From Fibrobacterales bacterium (GTDB lineage Bacteria > Fibrobacterota > Fibrobacteria > Fibrobacterales > JAOPTW01), in assembly GCA_051532055.1 (NCBI GenBank), contig JAOPTX010000017.1, positions 1 through 64,000 of the forward strand: a DNA stretch of 64,000 nt, read 5' to 3'. Shown piece by piece: positions 60,893 to 64,000 of this stretch. The notes under the pieces were generated by a model. It saw only the letters and a program-made list of their open reading frames with translations, was not told the origin of the DNA and searched no databases. Both the position numbers and the translations under genes were made by a program. Within the stretch, counting starts at the first letter, position 1, and each line of letters begins with the position of its first letter.

Positions 60893-61459
60893 ATGGAACT
60901 CCTCTCTCAGCCGTGGCCATGGTATATCGCAGGCCCTCTTATTGTACTTACAATGTTCCTCCTTCAGTGGCTTGGAAAACGCTTTGGTATTTCGTCAATT
61001 CTTGAAACAACCTGTACGATTGCCGGCGCTGGTAACGTTACCGACTATTTTAAAACAGACTGGAAAAAAGAATACTGGAGCTATCTCTTTATTTTGGGTG
61101 GTATTCTTGGCGGTGTTATTTCTCATACGTTTTTAAACAGTGGTAAGGGTCCTGCGATTTCTGATGAGACAAAGAGTGACCTCATGGCACTTGGTATAAG
61201 TCAGTTTGATCAATTGGTCCCAGTAGAACTCTTTGCGCTTGAGATGCTCTATACTCCTGCTGGGCTCATACTCATGATAGGTGGTGGCTTTTTGGTGGGC
61301 TTTGGAACTCGTTATGCAGGGGGATGTACATCAGGCCATTCAATTTCTGGAATTGCTAATCTTCAACGCTCATCAATTATCGCAACGGTATTTTTCTTCG
61401 TTGGAGGCCTTGTAGGCACTCACCTTCTCCTTCCTCTCATTCTTGGAGGCGTATTATGA
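60893..61459 (+). CDS. YeeE/YedE family sulfur-compound transport protein, subunit 1
   Basis: WPWY.AG, GISS, GFGTRYAGGCTSGH. Confidence 0.9.
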   Translation: MELLSQPWPWYIAGPLIVLTMFLLQWLGKRFGISSILETTCTIAGAGNVTDYFKTDWKKEYWSYLFILGGILGGVISHTFLNSGKGPAISDETKSDLMALGISQFDQLVPVELFALEMLYTPAGLILMIGGGFLVGFGTRYAGGCTSGHSISGIANLQRSSIIATVFFFVGGLVGTHLLLPLILGGVL

Positions 61460-61869
61460 AGTCCCTTGCATTTATAGCTGTTGGAATACTTTTCGGGATA
61501 GTAATGACCCAGGCAGAGATAATCTCGTGGTTTCGCATTCAAGAGATGTTTCGGTTTCAAGCATTTCATATGTATGGCGTGATTGGTTCTGCTGTTGCTC
61601 TTGGTATTTTAATGAATTTTTTCATTAAGAAATTTAGTGTTAAGAGCGTTGACGGCTTAGATATCGTTCCCCCAATAAAGAATAATACTATTGTTCGGAA
61701 TGTTATTGGTGGTACGCTCTTTGGCATTGGCTGGGCCTTTACAGGCGCCTGTCCTGGGCCACTGTTTGTATTGCTGGGTAATGGCCTTCCTTTATTTGGA
61801 GTTGTTATTCTCAGTGCGATACTTGGTGCATTTACCTACGGGTGCTTTGCCAAAAAACTTCCAAAATAA
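61456..61869 (+). CDS. YeeE/YedE family protein, subunit 2
   Basis: SWFRIQEMF, FGIGWAFTGACPGP; overlaps the upstream stop. Confidence 0.88.
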   Translation: MKSLAFIAVGILFGIVMTQAEIISWFRIQEMFRFQAFHMYGVIGSAVALGILMNFFIKKFSVKSVDGLDIVPPIKNNTIVRNVIGGTLFGIGWAFTGACPGPLFVLLGNGLPLFGVVILSAILGAFTYGCFAKKLPK

Positions 61870-61885
61870 TTGTATATTTCTAAAC

Positions 61886-62440
61886 ATGAAATTATTATTA
61901 CTGTTGATCTGTTTTGCAAGCCTTATTTATAGTCAGGAATCAGAAGAAAGAGACTCAGCAATTGTTGAGCCTGTTATTGAAATAAGTTTTGGGTCATCGC
62001 TACTTTATTTGGAACAGGATTTTCTCACTGATGGTGTCGTCGATAGTGAGCGACTTCCCGTTGCTTCAGTGGTGTTTCTTGCAGAATGGCTTTTTTCGAA
62101 AAAATGGTCAGTTCCTTTCGCTATAAATATTCCAACAGAGCCTTCTCGACTTTTCAAAGATAGTGTCATGACAGAAGCTCATGTAGCCTCTACTATTGGA
62201 ACGGGTGTAACCTGGGTTCCCCTCCAATGTAAGCCGTTTGCGAGGGCCCAACTCAACCTGCAAATTGGGGCTATGATTTTTATGGATATAAACCCAAAGG
62301 ATGAACGCACATTTTATCCTTTGCCCTTATCGCGTATTCATATTGAGACCCCTAGTGGTTTTACACTTTACTTTGGTGGGAGCTATATTCCTACTCATCC
62401 TATTTTTGCCATAACCTATGGGGTAGGGCAACGATTTTGA
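61886..62440 (+). CDS. Secreted / outer-membrane beta-rich hypothetical protein
   Basis: Signal peptide MKLLLL; amphipathic strands; C-terminal YGVGQRF. Confidence 0.6.
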   Translation: MKLLLLLICFASLIYSQESEERDSAIVEPVIEISFGSSLLYLEQDFLTDGVVDSERLPVASVVFLAEWLFSKKWSVPFAINIPTEPSRLFKDSVMTEAHVASTIGTGVTWVPLQCKPFARAQLNLQIGAMIFMDINPKDERTFYPLPLSRIHIETPSGFTLYFGGSYIPTHPIFAITYGVGQRF

Positions 62441-62489
62441 TTATTGATGGTTCTCACAAGGTGCTTCTACCATATTTAACGTAGAAATA

Positions 62490-64000
62490 TTACTGTGGTG
62501 TATTGATTATCTCAAGAGTGCGATTCACAATTCCTGACGCATCAATACCACATTTAACATATTGCTCTTCTTGGGTTGCATGATCAATAAATGTGTCGGG
62601 AATACCGAAGCGATTGAGTGAGCCTTTGTAGTTAGACTCGAGAGCGTGTTCTGCAACAGCACTTCCAAATCCTCCAGTGATACACCCGTCTTCAACAGTG
62701 ATGATGTGATCATACTTTTCAAATATAGCAGCAAGGAGTGAAGTGTCCAGTGGCTTTACAAAACGCATGTCGTAGTGGCCTGGGTTGTACCCTTCGTTTT
62801 TCAGTTTTATTAGGGCTTCTGTTACCGCATTGCCAATAGTACCTATGGTTACAAAGGCAATTGACTCCCCGTCAATTAAAGTGCGACCAGTCCCAACAGG
62901 GATTGGTTCAAAAGGACGTTTCCAGTCTGGAGTGACACCGGTCCCCCGTGGATAGCGTATGCTAAAAGGGCCATTAGTGTAGGTTGTTGCGGTGAACATA
63001 AGGTTTCTGAGTTCAATTTCATTCATAGGTGCGCTTACCACCATATGGGGGATTGCCCGCATAAAGGCCATGTCGTATGTGCCTTGGTGTGTAGAACCAT
63101 CAGCTCCCACTAGTCCAGCTCTATCAAGGCAGAAAATTACGGGGAGTTTTTGTATTGCAACATCGTGAATAAGCTGATCATAAGAGCGTTGTAAAAATGA
63201 TGAGTAGACATTGCAAAAAGGGACAATCCCCTGAGCTGCGAGCCCTGCTGAAAAGGTAACTGCATGTTGCTCTGCGATACCAACGTCGAATGTGCGCTCC
63301 GGCATCTCTTTCATCATAAGATTCAATGATGATCCAGACGGCATTGCGGGCGTGATACCCATTATTTTTTCATTTTCACGAGCGAGCTCTAGTATGGTTT
63401 CACCAAAAACATCTTGATACTTCGGTGGTTTTCCGGCATTACTAGTTTTTTTCTCTATTTCACCACTTTGAGCGTCAAAGATTCCTGGTGCTGCGTGCCA
63501 TTTAAGGGGGTCATCTTCAGCGTGTTTAAAGCCTTTCCCTTTTTTGGTGATAACATGAAGGAGTTTTGGCCCATCAATCTCTTTTAAGTCAGAGAGAATT
63601 TTAGTGAGGTGCTCAATATTATGGCCATCAACAGGACCAAAGTAGCGAAAGTTAAGGGATTCAAAAAAGTTACTTTGTTGCGACACTAAGCTTTTCAGTG
63701 AGGTTTCAACAGTATGCGCAAGGTTTTGTGCATGGGTACCAAGGGTTTTAAATTTACCCATCAGGTCCCAGATTTCATCTCTAAGTTTATTAAAGGTGTG
63801 AGAGGTGGTGATGTTTGTGAGGTAGTCCTTGAGGGCGCCTACATTTTCATCAATCGCCATATTGTTATCATTAAGAATAACTAAGATGTTTGACTTTTGA
63901 ACCCCAGCATTATTGAGGCCTTCAAAGGCGATGCCACCCGTAAGTGAGCCGTCACCAATTACAGCTATGTGCTGCCTATCAGGTTCGCCTTGTGCCTTAG
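62490..64000 (-). CDS. dxs: 1-deoxy-D-xylulose-5-phosphate synthase (5' end outside the window)
   Basis: IGDGSLTGG..NDN TPP motif, GPVDGHN, DVGIAEQHAV, DRAGLVGADG.TH, IRYPRG. Confidence 0.97.
   Translation of the reverse strand, partial: KAQGEPDRQHIAVIGDGSLTGGIAFEGLNNAGVQKSNILVILNDNNMAIDENVGALKDYLTNITTSHTFNKLRDEIWDLMGKFKTLGTHAQNLAHTVETSLKSLVSQQSNFFESLNFRYFGPVDGHNIEHLTKILSDLKEIDGPKLLHVITKKGKGFKHAEDDPLKWHAAPGIFDAQSGEIEKKTSNAGKPPKYQDVFGETILELARENEKIMGITPAMPSGSSLNLMMKEMPERTFDVGIAEQHAVTFSAGLAAQGIVPFCNVYSSFLQRSYDQLIHDVAIQKLPVIFCLDRAGLVGADGSTHQGTYDMAFMRAIPHMVVSAPMNEIELRNLMFTATTYTNGPFSIRYPRGTGVTPDWKRPFEPIPVGTGRTLIDGESIAFVTIGTIGNAVTEALIKLKNEGYNPGHYDMRFVKPLDTSLLAAIFEKYDHIITVEDGCITGGFGSAVAEHALESNYKGSLNRFGIPDTFIDHATQEEQYVKCGIDASGIVNRTLEIINTPQ

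Noticed and set aside
1..64000. Prophage, IS element, integrase or rRNA
   Set aside because: No transposase, recombinase, phage structural or rRNA-like sequence recognised in the window

Overview
A 64 kb AT-rich bacterial chromosome segment. Bases 1-12.3 kb hold the core transcription/translation cluster: tuf 3' end, rpmG, tRNA-Trp, secE, nusG, rplKAJL, rpoBC, rpsL, rpsG. It stops at a terminator after rpsG, with no fusA or tuf following. The rest is mixed housekeeping and accessory genes (hisEG, aroD, aroA, hom, nth, manB, glpD, lipA-bioA-trmO, dxs, envelope and secreted proteins). Ser-rich linkers in secreted proteins, a T9SS-like C-terminal domain and recurring TAnnTTTG motifs before starts suggest an FCB-group, possibly Fibrobacterota-like, organism (inference). 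I saw no CRISPR array, transposase, integrase, prophage or rRNA. The most notable observations are: (1) two ~105 bp intergenic hairpins with unrelated arms but a conserved, covarying core (CTGCGTTA..CGTAC..TGTACG..TGCCTTG); (2) a 30-Cys lipoprotein with Kunitz-like, pacifastin/VWC-like and Kazal modules; (3) a UvrD/PcrA helicase with a clean 2B-subdomain deletion; (4) a lone AlbA_2/Schlafen protein with a beta-rich C-terminus, a candidate anti-phage gene; (5) a degenerate GGDEF-like domain fused to a phosphoglycosyl transferase; (6) a DacB-DUF1460 fusion; (7) an LPP20/TPR-SLH/FlgT-like envelope operon. All family calls come from motif recognition by eye; no database searches were run.
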